A stretch of 64,000 nt of DNA from the NCBI GenBank assembly GCA_010405405.1, contig MU004238.1, positions 1,251,530-1,315,529 on the forward strand, given 5' to 3'. This DNA is from Microthyrium microscopicum. Its lineage: Eukaryota. The notes under the pieces are model-generated. The model made no database searches. It saw only the letters and a program-made list of their open reading frames with translations, and had not been told where the DNA came from. The position numbers and the translations under genes were made by a program. Position 1 is the stretch's first letter. Every line of letters begins with the position of its first letter. Shown one piece after another: positions 37,495 to 49,165 of this stretch.

Positions 37495-39097
37495 ATGGCT
37501 GAACATAATACTGGAGAGCATTTGACCCCTCCAACAGTTTACTCTTCAGCGCATACTACCCACGATTCCTCATATTCACCGTTATATCCTGTATATCCCG
37601 AGCAAGAACGAGGCATACCGGTCAGCCATACTGGATCTACTTATACCAATTCAGCCATCGGCTCTCCTGGACTAGAATCAGTAACGACCGTACAAGGACA
37701 TGACGACGGAAAAGAAGTTGTACACGACTCGACTCCCGCATATTCATACAAACAGGTCGTCCCCCCTCAGCCAGAATACTATGCAGCAGAAAAGCGCGAT
37801 CACGCAGGCGAAGCTGAAGCCCAACAAGTTGCTCCCACTGAATCACACAAAAAACAAAAACGGAGGATTTTCGGATGTATACCGCTATGGATATGTATAG
37901 GACTGGTTGTTGTATTAATAATTGCGCTGGCGCTGGGGGTCGGTCTGGGTGTGGGACTCAGCAAGAAGTACGTATTCGAGTTATTTAAGACCGGCATTGT
38001 GATCTAACAGTCTCAGGTCATCTTCGACGACAAGCAGTGGAGTCACATCACAGCCTGACAGCAATCCACGGTCACTTTCGACTACTGGTGCGTTCAATGG
38101 ATCTGGCTTCGCTACTGCGACTGCTTCAGGCGCGTCCGGAGAGCTGGATTTATACTTCCAGCACTACACTGGTCAACTGCGCAGACTTCAACTGAGTGGC
38201 ACTACTTGGTCTGGAGGTGATATCAATACTATTGTCGCAACAGATGCCAAGAACGCAACGCCAATCTCAGTGGTCGCCTATGCGCAAGGTACTGTCTCGA
38301 CAGTACGTTCTTCCCGAAGTCTTCTACCTTTGAATGTTTTCAACTAACCGTGATAGTGGCACTTGTTTTATATCGATAAAGCAAACACCGTTCGCCAGAA
38401 GATAAGCCAAGATAGCGGCAGTACCTGGCAAGACGGACCACTAGCAAGCCTAAACCTCAAGGCTCTGAACTCTTCCAGCGTCGCCCTTCAGGCCTGTTAC
38501 GGCAATTTCTACACAAGCGGTTCCACAACTTCATCCGTCGGTATACACCTCTTTTATGCGCAAGACGCGCAGACTATACAACAAGTGGACTGGACCGTCA
38601 ACGCCACCTCGTGGACCAAGGAAGACACATACACAGCCAACGGCCACGCTGGTATCGGATGCTACTCCTGGGGCCCAGGTACAGTCTGGTACGCCATGAT
38701 GGTAAATCTCGACAACGCTATAAACGTCGTCTACAAGGACGCAAAGAGCACAACACCTCAAGCATGGACCAACACGTCGGTTATTATTCCTGGAGCTATG
38801 CCGAATACATCATTGGGATATACGGATTACTTCTTTGCTCAACTCAATGATGGATCACTGGCGGGTTATAACATCACTTTTGATTCAGGGAATACCAAAT
38901 TGGTTGGTGGAGACTACCAGTTTAAGCTGTCGCAAAAGCCGATAGCTGGGTCACATTTTTCAGTCACGGGCGGCGTTAGTTCGGATGGCTCAGAACTTGC
39001 GGTGTTCAGTCAGGAGAATGGTACTGATATCTTAGAGAATTTGAAGGATGCATCGGGGAAATGGTCTTATACTGAACTTCCGGTTCCAAGCACCTGA
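37495..39097 (+). CDS. Single-pass membrane protein with fungal fucose-specific-lectin-like beta-propeller
   Basis: Disordered N-terminus, KKQKRR followed by a TM helix, then propeller-like repeats (LYFQHYTGQLR, DAKNATPISVV, HLFYID, HLFYA). Introns 37968-38016 and 38303-38356. Confidence 0.75.
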
Positions 39098-39325
39098 AGC
39101 GGTTACTATTTTTAATCATAATTTGATGACTTGTTACGTCCAAAAAGAGGTCAATTAATGAACATAAGGTGCAGTGAGTGAAAAGGCAAACTTTTCGTAT
39201 AAATATAATGCTAACAAGGGGTATCATAAAGAGCAAGAAAGACGAATCTAGGGGGTAAAGCGACCTTTTGTCATACGCGGAACGTCTGCTGTTGTTAGTA
39301 GAGATCATAAGACACATGCTGTAGA

Positions 39326-40702
39326 TCACTTACCAGCCAAGTACTCGACCACATCTGTCAACATCTCAATCGCTTCACCACGATTTCGCTCCAGAGCCTG
39401 TAGAGCGTCATCACTCATCTCGCGCTTATCCAACGGAGCAGCTACGGAAGCCCGCTTTCTCATACTCGCGAATGCCTCTTCAACTGGTAGATTTGTGCGC
39501 TCGCACATCTCCAGCATCGCATCCAGGCGGGTCAGATCCTCCTTCAAAGTCTTCCATTGTGCGTGACTTGCGACAGCTGGCATCATATCGTAGCCCATAT
39601 CCCACATGAAATTGTTTAGCTGATCTTGCGCAATGTCGCCTTGTCGAACATTCTTCAGGAAGTGTTGAATGGCCAGTCGCAGGTCTGTCAGCTGCTCCGC
39701 GCTTGTCAGTTCATACTTCTTCGGATTCAAGATATGAATGTTGAATGGTTGTTCTGAAAATCGCACTCGTCGGGTATCCTTTGGTGGAGCAGCAGGCTGG
39801 ATGCCAGGATTCGTTTGAGATGAAGGGCGAAGTGCTGCTGGAAGGATAGTGGGATGTTCGGCCTCGGACATGGCAATCAATGGGTGCATATCACCATTCT
39901 GTATTTGTTGAACATACTCGTTCCACTGTGGCATCTCATTGTCTTTGCCGATAAGCCCAAAGCGAGTCTTGGAAACATGGAAAGCGCGACTTGGAGTCAA
40001 CAGGGAACTCAGATCTGCGACAGCAGTGGACTGGTGGACAAATCCATTTGAGCTGCGGATGTAATCTGAGCCACTGGCTCGCGAGACAACTTGATCGCCA
40101 TTCGAGTGTCGTGATGGAGTATTAGCGTACGGAATCGATGATCCACGTTGTGTCTCTTCAGATTCAGGGATCTGAAGAGCTGTAGTCAGATCAATCAGTT
40201 GCTCCTCCTCATCTGGCTCGTCTTCAGGAACAGAGTCGAAAACACCTCCAGGCGCAGACATCACCGACCATCTTTTCTGACGAGCAGACTGGTACTCCAG
40301 AGTTGGCGCAGTCTGCTGGTTCTGGACTATACTGAAACCCAAACTGTGGCGTGTATCAGGCACAACAGCAGAATGCCGATGTGTAGTCTTAGGCGTATAT
40401 GTTGACCGAGACCGAGCTGGTAGAACCGCACTTGCAGACGAGGGTAAGATTCGATCAGAATGAGGGTACCAGTCCTTTCTCTGAGGCTCAATGGCGACTG
40501 TTCTTCGAGGCTCGATAACAGATGTCCGCCTAGGCTGGGCAAATGTTGGAGCCGGCGACATCTTAGGCGTTACAGTTGGTGATGGCGTAAAAGATTGGAC
40601 TCGCGGTTGACGTGGCGGCACAGGTATAGTGTGCTGCCATGTCGTCTTCGTTTTTGTTGGCTTTAGACTTGCCATGCTCTTGGAACGCTTGAAAAGACCC
40701 AT
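39326..40702 (-). CDS. Hypothetical protein with disordered N-terminus and helical C-terminal domain
   Basis: Long intronless ORF, probable start MGLFKRSKS at 40702 (in-frame ATG also at 40798). No family recognised. Confidence 0.7.
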   Translation of the reverse strand: MGLFKRSKSMASLKPTKTKTTWQHTIPVPPRQPRVQSFTPSPTVTPKMSPAPTFAQPRRTSVIEPRRTVAIEPQRKDWYPHSDRILPSSASAVLPARSRSTYTPKTTHRHSAVVPDTRHSLGFSIVQNQQTAPTLEYQSARQKRWSVMSAPGGVFDSVPEDEPDEEEQLIDLTTALQIPESEETQRGSSIPYANTPSRHSNGDQVVSRASGSDYIRSSNGFVHQSTAVADLSSLLTPSRAFHVSKTRFGLIGKDNEMPQWNEYVQQIQNGDMHPLIAMSEAEHPTILPAALRPSSQTNPGIQPAAPPKDTRRVRFSEQPFNIHILNPKKYELTSAEQLTDLRLAIQHFLKNVRQGDIAQDQLNNFMWDMGYDMMPAVASHAQWKTLKEDLTRLDAMLEMCERTNLPVEEAFASMRKRASVAAPLDKREMSDDALQALERNRGEAIEMLTDVVEYLAGK

Positions 40703-42131
40703 GATGAGCTCCCGTTTCGAGCTCGAGTCTTTGACTGGGACATCGCAGCCACACTGATTTAATTCGGTCTTTTGTGGTGTTATCGACTGTTTGCCCATAT
40801 TGAGGTAAGGTTCAGGTAAGCAAAGAGATTTATGAGAGAATAAGCTCAGAACGAGTGGCTGAGCGTGATGAACAAGACGGAGTAAGTTGGACTTTGGGAT
40901 GATTTTATACTGGCGTTGATCTGAACAAATTGGACAGCAGTCACTGAGTTATCATTTATTGAGAGTGATGATTTTATTAGCAAAGATTCTGCAGTATCAA
41001 TTAGTTCAGCAAGTAATTGCGGGGTTCGTCCACCTGAACAGGTTATTTGAGGTGTATGAAATGCTGGAATAGGCAATAAGGATGGCTTGATCTTTCTTCA
41101 CAGAGACTGACCCAATTTGCACATGACTGAATATGCACCAAAAAGCGATTCGCGATCCATTCTACGGCAGTTATTGAAGCTGGAAGTTTCCATATTCGCT
41201 TGACCATATGGCCAGCATGCCTATCTTGGGAATTTATATTGTGTGGTGACTAGAGGAAACATTTGCATGGACAGGCGAGCTGTCACTCTTCATATACGTG
41301 AAAACCACAGGTCTGGTCATGTTCAATTTTGCCGTAACTGGCAAAGACTTGTTGCTCCCTTCCAATAAAACAGCTCTTGCCTGGTGTTTGTGTATGGCTC
41401 ATCTGTCAATCATATGGATGAGATGATGAGAGAAAGGATGAAGGGTTAAGAATTTGTTGAAGGTGCCATATCAATACTACTGAACTAGATAACCCAGATC
41501 TCGTGAGGATAAAATTCATACGTGAATGGGAGTATATAAAGAGAGTAGTTGGGCATAGAGTGTGCACTTGTATCGCGAATGCAAGAGTTGAAGTTGGGCA
41601 TCTCGATCAAAAAGGAGTAGTCAGCAAATGCCAAGACTTGGGGAAATGAGATTTGTGGCAGGCACGCGCTAGGTCTGTATGCGATTGGCTCGTTTTCGGA
41701 AGGCGCGTCAGACAATTGGAGCAAGTGCAAAGTGTGCAGCAAGTCAGTCAACGGAAGAGAGCAACAACGACCGACCCCTGACCGTCTCCTTCCATTTTTG
41801 TGGCGGGTGGTCGTGCTTTCCAATTTAATCATTGCCAGCAAAAGCCTTGAAGCCTGAAGGTCTCCTTTATTGCTCTCGCTACCCATTGCTTGCTCTCGGT
41901 CATCAAGTCTTCATCACCTCATTCCCGGAGCTTCTCTCTTCTCCTACATCTCCATTTCTTCGCTGCTGTCTGCATTGGGCCAGAAATCTGCTTCAGTCAA
42001 GCTCCAGCCCTGGAAATTCTGCCATTGACACCTCTGCTTGTACTGCGCCACCCAACCGTTGCACATTCAGAACATTTTCCAACCCTCAACTCAGTGAAAC
42101 AAGTTTGACACTCCTATAATACAGATCGCAG

Positions 42132-42327
42132 GTGAGTCTATCCTCTAAACAATCTTTGAGACTCCACAGCCCTATGACAATTGCACTTTTCATCATCGCG
42201 ATTCTTGTATTGCCGGATCACGCCGGACCACAAGTCAGGCATGCATCCAACCATGCTCCGGCTTCACCGGCTCGCAAGCTGCATTTTCAGGAACCATTCC
42301 TATGCTGATAAGCTATTCTCCCCGCAG
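42132..42327 (+). promoter_or_regulatory. Probable 5'UTR intron of LCB2 containing a stem-loop and an alternative 3' splice site
   Basis: CAG|GTGAGT donor, GCTGAT branch and pyrimidine-rich CAG acceptor at 42327. A second acceptor-like TTTTCAG ends at 42290. Confidence 0.55.
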
Positions 42328-42434
42328 ATTCCAGCCCTCCGCTTTCTCTTCCACCAACTTCGCCTCCAAGCAAGCGTCCCTACCTAGTCATAATATCTCG
42401 TTAGCTTGGGGTTTCTACCCCAATACTCGTGGAC

Positions 42435-44390
42435 ATGGCGACCATGTACGCCACTGAGCTCCCGGAGATTTTCAACGAGAAGATTGAATATGCTCCAAAC
42501 CCTCCTAAGCGGACCGCTTTGCCTCGCATAAACAATCGATTCGCTCAATTCTTCAATACAGTCCCCAAACCAAGACCAGATACTGCAGACAATGAGCCAG
42601 CGGTCATAGAATTGCGCACCCCAAGCTCGCCATCCTCGATATCCTTACCTTCCATCTCATTGTCCACCGCCACCACGGAGCAAACCATACCTGATGATGA
42701 GCCCAAAGTTCTCTTTCAACCTCCAACCGCAGAAGAAGCAGAAAGAATTGCAAAAGTCGAGGCCCAGTTTGGACCCCTTAATTCATCGGAGCATCTCTAT
42801 CTTAGTCGACATGTACCTGGAACCGAATTACCTGAACCTATTGAGGATGAACCACCCTACTACTTCCTTCTCACCACTTACCTCAGTTACCTAATTCTTA
42901 TCATCTTCGGTCATGTTCGGGACTTTTTTGGCAAGCGTTTCCGTGAGGCGCACTACCAGCACTTGAAAGCTGTCAACGGTCTAGCACCATTGAACAGCGA
43001 TTTCGACAATTTTTATGTCCGTCGCTTGAAAATGCGTATCAACGATGTGTTCGCACGGCCTATCACTGGTGTTCCTGGACGGTACATTAACCTCATGGAA
43101 CGGTTCTCTGATGATCACAACGCAACGTTTCAGTTTACTGGAGAGACCGTCGAGACCTTAAACATGAGCTCATACAATTATCTGGGCTTTGCACAGTCGG
43201 AAGGCCCTTGCGCGGATGCAGTCGAGAACGCTATCAAAAAATACGGATTAAGTGTCTGTTCAAGCAGAGGCGATGCTGGTACTTCTGATCTCCATCTTGA
43301 TGTCGAAGATTTGGTGGCAAACTTCGTTGGCAAAAAGGCCGCCATGGTTTTCTCCATGGGATACGTGACCAACACCGGCGTTTTTCCTGCTCTAGCTGGG
43401 AAAGGTTCAGTGATCATCTCGGATGAGTTGAATCACAACTCTATCCGTACTGGTACCCGTCTGAGTGGCGCATTCATCCAAACATTCAAGCATAACGATA
43501 TGCAAAGCCTAGAGAAAGTTTTACGCGACAGCATCTCCCAAGGCCAACCACGAACACATCGCCCCTGGAAAAAGATCATTGTCGCTGTAGAAGGACTGTA
43601 CTCCATGGAAGGAACCATGTGCAACCTCCCTGGCCTAATCGAATTGAAAAAGAAGTACAAGTTCACACTGTTTGTTGATGAAGCTCATTCCATTGGAGCT
43701 ATTGGCCCTAGAGGTCGTGGTGTTTGCGACTACTTTGGAATTGATTCGGAAGAAGTTGATATCCTCATGGGAACCTTTACCAAATCTTTCGGTGCCAACG
43801 GTGGTTATATTGCTGCGGATAAACACATCATTGATAAACTACGAGCTACAAACGCTGCCCATACCTTCGGCGAAGCACCCACACCACCAGTTCTGATGCA
43901 AATCAAGTCGTCACTACAAATTATCAGTGGCGATCTCGCTCCAGGCGAGGGTGAAGAACGTCTCAAGCGTATCGCCTTTAACTCCCGATATCTCCGCCTT
44001 GGATTGAAGAGATTAGGATTTATTATCTATGGCCACGATGATTCTCCGATTATCCCACTCTTATTGTACCACCCAGCCAAAATGCCCGCCTTCTCCCATG
44101 AAATGCTTCGACGAAAAATCTCCATTGTTGTTGTTGGATACCCTGCCACCCCACTCATTTCCAGCCGTGCCCGTTTCTGCATCTCAGCTGCACACAACAA
44201 GGAGGACCTTGACCGTCTACTCACCGCATGTGACGAGATTGGCGATATCCTTCAACTCAAGTTCTCCAGCGGAATTGCGGGTGGCTTGGAAGAACCTCAC
44301 AAAGGAGATGCACCCATCACACCCCCCAGGTGGCGCATTGAGGATGTCATTGCGCGTGGTGTCGAGGACACGAAAAACCCCTTAATATGA
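42435..44390 (+). CDS. LCB2: Serine palmitoyltransferase subunit 2
   Basis: LNMSSYNYLGF, SDELNHNSI, EGLYSMEG, DEAHSIG and the GTFTKSFG PLP-lysine motif. Confidence 0.96.
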   Translation: MATMYATELPEIFNEKIEYAPNPPKRTALPRINNRFAQFFNTVPKPRPDTADNEPAVIELRTPSSPSSISLPSISLSTATTEQTIPDDEPKVLFQPPTAEEAERIAKVEAQFGPLNSSEHLYLSRHVPGTELPEPIEDEPPYYFLLTTYLSYLILIIFGHVRDFFGKRFREAHYQHLKAVNGLAPLNSDFDNFYVRRLKMRINDVFARPITGVPGRYINLMERFSDDHNATFQFTGETVETLNMSSYNYLGFAQSEGPCADAVENAIKKYGLSVCSSRGDAGTSDLHLDVEDLVANFVGKKAAMVFSMGYVTNTGVFPALAGKGSVIISDELNHNSIRTGTRLSGAFIQTFKHNDMQSLEKVLRDSISQGQPRTHRPWKKIIVAVEGLYSMEGTMCNLPGLIELKKKYKFTLFVDEAHSIGAIGPRGRGVCDYFGIDSEEVDILMGTFTKSFGANGGYIAADKHIIDKLRATNAAHTFGEAPTPPVLMQIKSSLQIISGDLAPGEGEERLKRIAFNSRYLRLGLKRLGFIIYGHDDSPIIPLLLYHPAKMPAFSHEMLRRKISIVVVGYPATPLISSRARFCISAAHNKEDLDRLLTACDEIGDILQLKFSSGIAGGLEEPHKGDAPITPPRWRIEDVIARGVEDTKNPLI

Positions 44391-44837
44391 GCGATCGAGA
44401 GACGTTATATGAGATCACAGCAGTGGTGTACGAAGAAGCGTTTCCTTTTTTACATTTCTTTGGTTGGACAGCTTGGCCGATCGTTTTATTGCATGGAACC
44501 GGAGTTTATTACACCTTCTAGACGGCAACAAACTGTCTTTCCGCATAATCATGGCGGCTTACATTCTTCTTGGGACTCCTACGATACGGCGAGCCCGGCA
44601 ATAGAGAGAAGACTCACGTCAGTCTGCTAGAGACTTGACTTCTGGACGCTAAACGCGTTCACATTTATCATAGAAACATAATCCTAGTATCATACATCAA
44701 GCTTCCTCATCTGTCTCTTTCTACCCACAAGCACTGGAATACAACAGCATGTAAATCTCAAAACATTGCTATTCGGAAAACTAACAATCACTATAAAAAG
44801 ACTTTTGTCATCTCAATTGCTTTTATCCATATTTTCA

Positions 44838-47060
44838 TCAGTACCTTCTCCGTCCGTCAAATCTATCCCACTCATAATCCTCTTCCAGCTCCTGATACCC
44901 ACCACCGCTCCCCCTTCGCCCACTCACACCCACCAAATTTTCTATGGTCCGACTACCTCTTCGCTCTCCATACATACCGCCATTACCGTCACTGCGCTTC
45001 CGCGGTATGCCTCGTGGCGATATATTCCTCTCTCCACCCCAACTTGACGACGCACGCGTACCTCGCCCTCCTTCCCAATTATAACCGCCTCCAAACTCAC
45101 TACTGTGCTCAGACATCATATCAAACTCATCACGCCTTCCCGCATGATACGCATTGCGCTCAAGGTGTTCCCGCATACTATCGATTTGCTCATGCATGCG
45201 TCCCTTTCGTCTAGAAGGATATTCCACCATGGGAACTGTTGGTGGCTGAGAACTCTTGCGCCGATTCGCACTCTGTTCTGCGTTCGCCAGCATACTTGCA
45301 CGTCTTGACGGTGGTCGACGCCCGGAGGATAGGGGTGGTGGATAGTCATCTTCATAGTCAGACAGCACTGGGCGGTCGTGGTGGTGATGGTGGTGGTTCT
45401 CGACGACACGTGTGGCTATTACTCTGGGTGCGGACTCGCGCGGTGAGGGTGGGTATATTGTGCTGTTGCGGCGGATTGTGCGGGTGGTTACTCGGCCTTC
45501 GCGCGGGCTTGCGCGCTCGAGAGAGTTCTGGCGTGGGTACTGGCGTGGGTAGGAGTTGTGTCGGGATTTGCTGCGTGCGTCGCGGAAGTTTTGGCTTTGG
45601 TGCTTGGATTGCTTTTGGTTGCGGCCGCGTTGGTAGGGGTGCGAGATGCTTCCTGAGTGTGAGGTTGGGGGGGTGCTGAAGTTGCTGCCTGAGTCGGCGT
45701 CGGAGGAGTATTGGTCGTCTACTTCGTAGCTGTCATCGGATCCAGAGCGGCGATGGCGGATGGTGCGGCGGTGATGGCGGGTATGGTGGTGGTCTGGGGA
45801 TGGGGAACGTAGGGCGCCAGACATGCGTGGGGAGAAGTTCTTGCCAGAACGACGCTTGTGGTTGTTGTTGGAGTCGTCTGAGTCGGTGCCATCAGAGAAG
45901 GATTTGGGCTTGCGGAGCTCATTGAGGAATTTGAGGATGTTGGGGTCCGTTTGCTGATTCTTCTGTTGGCCTTTCTGCTGGCCTTTGTTGTTGTTGTTCT
46001 TCTGGGGAGGCATATTCACAATGTTTTGGATCGTAGTGGGCTGAGGAGCCATATTCTGAGCTGGTTGGAGAGGCGGCATTTGCCCGAAGTTGAGTGGAGG
46101 AGGCCCGTTATGATGCATCATTGGTGGTGGAGGAGGAGCACCATGATGCATCATCGGTGGAGGCGGTGGTGGCATCTGTCCTCCCATGTTAAGGGGTGGA
46201 GGCGGAGGAGGAGCGCCGTTCCCTTTTGGTTGCTTTCCAGCATTCTGTTGATTCATATTGTTGTTGAGAGGACCATTCATATTTGCGTTTCCTGGGCCAT
46301 TCATGTTCTGTGGACCATTCTGGCCCATGTTCATCCCCTGTTGACCAGAAGCATTCAAGTTCATTTTAGCCATAGAGTGAGTGATGCTATGTTGCGGGCC
46401 ATCAGGATTCTCCGTTCGCTTGAGAATTACTCGAATCTGGATTGTTTCAACTCCTTTGACCTGATAGAAACCGCCCATGATCTCTTTGCGTGTAATGTCA
46501 AGCATAGCGAGATCCCACATGTAATTAGGATTCTTTTCATTGTCGTTTTGAGTTTGTACTGCCTCATCTACGGCGTCTCGCATGGAGTCGGAAGAAAGAC
46601 TATCGTACTGGGCCATAACCCCTTTTTTGTTGTTGTGCATGTTGTTTACTGCTGTCAAATCATCGGTAGACACTCTCTGGGGCGTCATTCGAGATCTACG
46701 CCATGTTGGTCTCTTACCGGGCTCTGCTGCAGCGCGGCGAAGAACGTATGCTTCATATCTATGTTGCGAATCTGAGTTTGAAGCCGTCTTCTGATTGAGA
46801 TCTTTGGGCCACTGTTGAGTAGTCTTGTTCTTGAGCTGCTGATTGTTACCAATGGGGAAAGATATGCCAGGACCGACGTTTCCACGCGGCTGCTGAGCGC
46901 CATCGTTGTTGCGTGGAAGGCTCATAGGCTGCAAAGAACCCATGGGCTGTGAAGGTCCCATAGGCTGTGGTTGAAATTGATGTGGAGGAAGTGGCATTCC
47001 AAATGGAGCTGGAGGAGGTGGTGGTGGTTGACCACCCGGATTACCCTTTTTGGTAGCCAT
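44838..47060 (-). CDS. Low-complexity Pro/Gln/Asn/Arg-rich protein with a small folded domain
   Basis: 740-aa intronless ORF. Ordered segment RYEAYVLRR...PTWRR...WDLAML...IRVILKR is flanked by P/Q/N/M- and R/S/H-rich tracts. Confidence 0.75.
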   Translation of the reverse strand: MATKKGNPGGQPPPPPPAPFGMPLPPHQFQPQPMGPSQPMGSLQPMSLPRNNDGAQQPRGNVGPGISFPIGNNQQLKNKTTQQWPKDLNQKTASNSDSQHRYEAYVLRRAAAEPGKRPTWRRSRMTPQRVSTDDLTAVNNMHNNKKGVMAQYDSLSSDSMRDAVDEAVQTQNDNEKNPNYMWDLAMLDITRKEIMGGFYQVKGVETIQIRVILKRTENPDGPQHSITHSMAKMNLNASGQQGMNMGQNGPQNMNGPGNANMNGPLNNNMNQQNAGKQPKGNGAPPPPPPLNMGGQMPPPPPPMMHHGAPPPPPMMHHNGPPPLNFGQMPPLQPAQNMAPQPTTIQNIVNMPPQKNNNNKGQQKGQQKNQQTDPNILKFLNELRKPKSFSDGTDSDDSNNNHKRRSGKNFSPRMSGALRSPSPDHHHTRHHRRTIRHRRSGSDDSYEVDDQYSSDADSGSNFSTPPTSHSGSISHPYQRGRNQKQSKHQSQNFRDARSKSRHNSYPRQYPRQNSLERASPREGRVTTRTIRRNSTIYPPSPRESAPRVIATRVVENHHHHHHDRPVLSDYEDDYPPPLSSGRRPPSRRASMLANAEQSANRRKSSQPPTVPMVEYPSRRKGRMHEQIDSMREHLERNAYHAGRRDEFDMMSEHSSEFGGGYNWEGGRGTRASSSWGGERNISPRGIPRKRSDGNGGMYGERRGSRTIENLVGVSGRRGSGGGYQELEEDYEWDRFDGRRRY

Positions 47061-49165
47061 GTTGACACTGTATGATATGAAGATGAGATACTCTCACGCT
47101 GAAGTTTAGCTTAGCGTAGGACAAAACTTTGAACTTATAAAATGTCAAGCAAGGTCAAGTATCAAGGCCAGATCAGGAATTCACAGGTGGACTCTTATTT
47201 ATACACTCTAACTTGTGATATTACACATGAAAGAGAAAGAGCCTGACTGCGCCCATTGTGAACTGCTTCCACCTACCATTGCCGGAATGTCGAGGAAATC
47301 GAAGTCCCGAGAATCATTTAGATATCCAAGCATTTACTGCAGCCTGCATGATACCGGCCAGGCGTTGCAGGCTTGAAGTTGCAGAACAGGGCGACGTATG
47401 AGACCGGTGAAGATATGCTGGAGGGCTCACCGAGAGGAAAAGGAGGGAAGAGTGCAGGATTTTGCCTAGATTTGCCTATTCTTAACATTCGGCCAATGGA
47501 TTCGAAAGTCTTGGTATAGCCATTGGCCAACTACATGAATTCCCAGATCTCGGTGAAGCACAGCAGACACTGCATCACTTGGATATCCTCAATTCTAGAC
47601 AACAACATTTGATTCTGCCATATTCGGCGCGGCTACTGTACGTCAGTTCCAGACTTGGTAAGCAATTGCGAAGTCCGATAGATTCTTAAATTGAAAACCA
47701 ACGACAAGATTTGGTCAATATGACCTCGTCTACATCAGTTCTATGGCCACAAGGCTGAAGCTGCAGCCACAGAGAGTAATACACAGCAGCTTGTTTGTAC
47801 TGGGAACGATTTTGACTGGAGGTTACGCGGCCGGGCGCTATCACTTTTGTCCACATGGGAAAGATAAACTGTGGAACCGATCAAGAATGCCTTGAACACA
47901 TAATTGATATTTCAAAGTACAGCAAATTATTTAGATCAATAGCATGTTGTATTACGCCAGACGAACTTCGCCACTTCCATACAATACCACAAGGTTGACC
48001 GGAGGTGTCAAGGGTTGGAACATGTGCAACCTTTATGCATCTAGTCAAGCTCGTATAACAAGCATTAGGAGGCCCTCGTGTAAATAGTACCACCAACTCG
48101 GGGCATTGTTATCTGCGCCGGATGGAGTTATGCTAACGAGAATCCAGCCAGAGGCGGAACCAGATCGATTGACGAACCATTGGAGCAGATCGAATGCGGC
48201 TACCAATGAAATGTTTTGTTTCATATGGTTGTTGCATAGTGATCAATGACCGGTAGCATAACTTACGATCTGGCATCCAGCCTGGTGGTGTGAAGAGTTG
48301 ACATCCGGCTAGAATGACTGTATCTTCTAAGCGTAGCCAAGTAAACGCTGCATTCGGCTTTAAGAATCCGTGCTTTAGAGGTAGAGGATGCGGCTCATGG
48401 TGAAAGTCCCAGATAGGTCTCTCTTGAAAGCAAATGATAGCAGCTTGGCAGCGTACTCGAGCAATGGCATACGCTCGAAACAGATGAGACAGGTCTCTTA
48501 TTTGCAGGCTTTTTCAGCCTGTCCAGGGCGTCGTCTTCCTGCTGTGATCATGTTGTTGCGATATTGGAAATGTCATACCTTGATGCGAGATAGAAGTAAG
48601 GAGTAAGGCAGACTTGCATATAACAAGTTCATTTGAAATCATGCAATCAGGGATACAAGCAAGAAAAAATATAGACTGATAGACTTTGTTACCCTTTCTT
48701 TTCTCATGACCCTCGTTGGTCATGAGGACCGATGCTGCAGAGCATCGTGATTCCTTTTTGCTAGTGTACATACTTTACCTCAGCTGGTAGTTCAATTCTA
48801 CCACGCAAAAGCTTTGTACCTCTGCTTCGTGCAACTCACCCGAGAGCTTACCCTGCTCTTAAAGTTACATAGGAGTAATAATACAAGTAAAGAAAAGAGA
48901 ATAAACAATGAGACATCCTCTGACTGGAAGGGTATTTGTAGATCTTGGCCATAATATGGAAGTGGTGAAAGCGTGGGTATTTAGAAAATGTCTGGGCTGT
49001 GCTCGCAGTATGTGAGATGAGGATGGTCGACGGAATGCGATGTTGCCAGGAAGCCTGATTTCGTAATAGTTTGATGAGACAGAATGACAATCTTACCCAT
49101 TGATGGTGAGAAGCAGGGGAGAGAAAGCGGCAATTACCTGGCAATTACCGTTGAAAATGATGTTC

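Noticed and set aside
42132..42327. TPP riboswitch in the LCB2 leader intron
   Set aside because: The conserved TPP aptamer segments (CTGAGA, and the ACCTGAT...TAATGCC-type region) are absent.
48768..48790. U1 snRNA gene (ATACTTTACCT on the plus strand)
   Set aside because: Not the exact ATACTTACCTG start, and no stem-loop or Sm-site pattern follows; it is the complement of a donor-like site.
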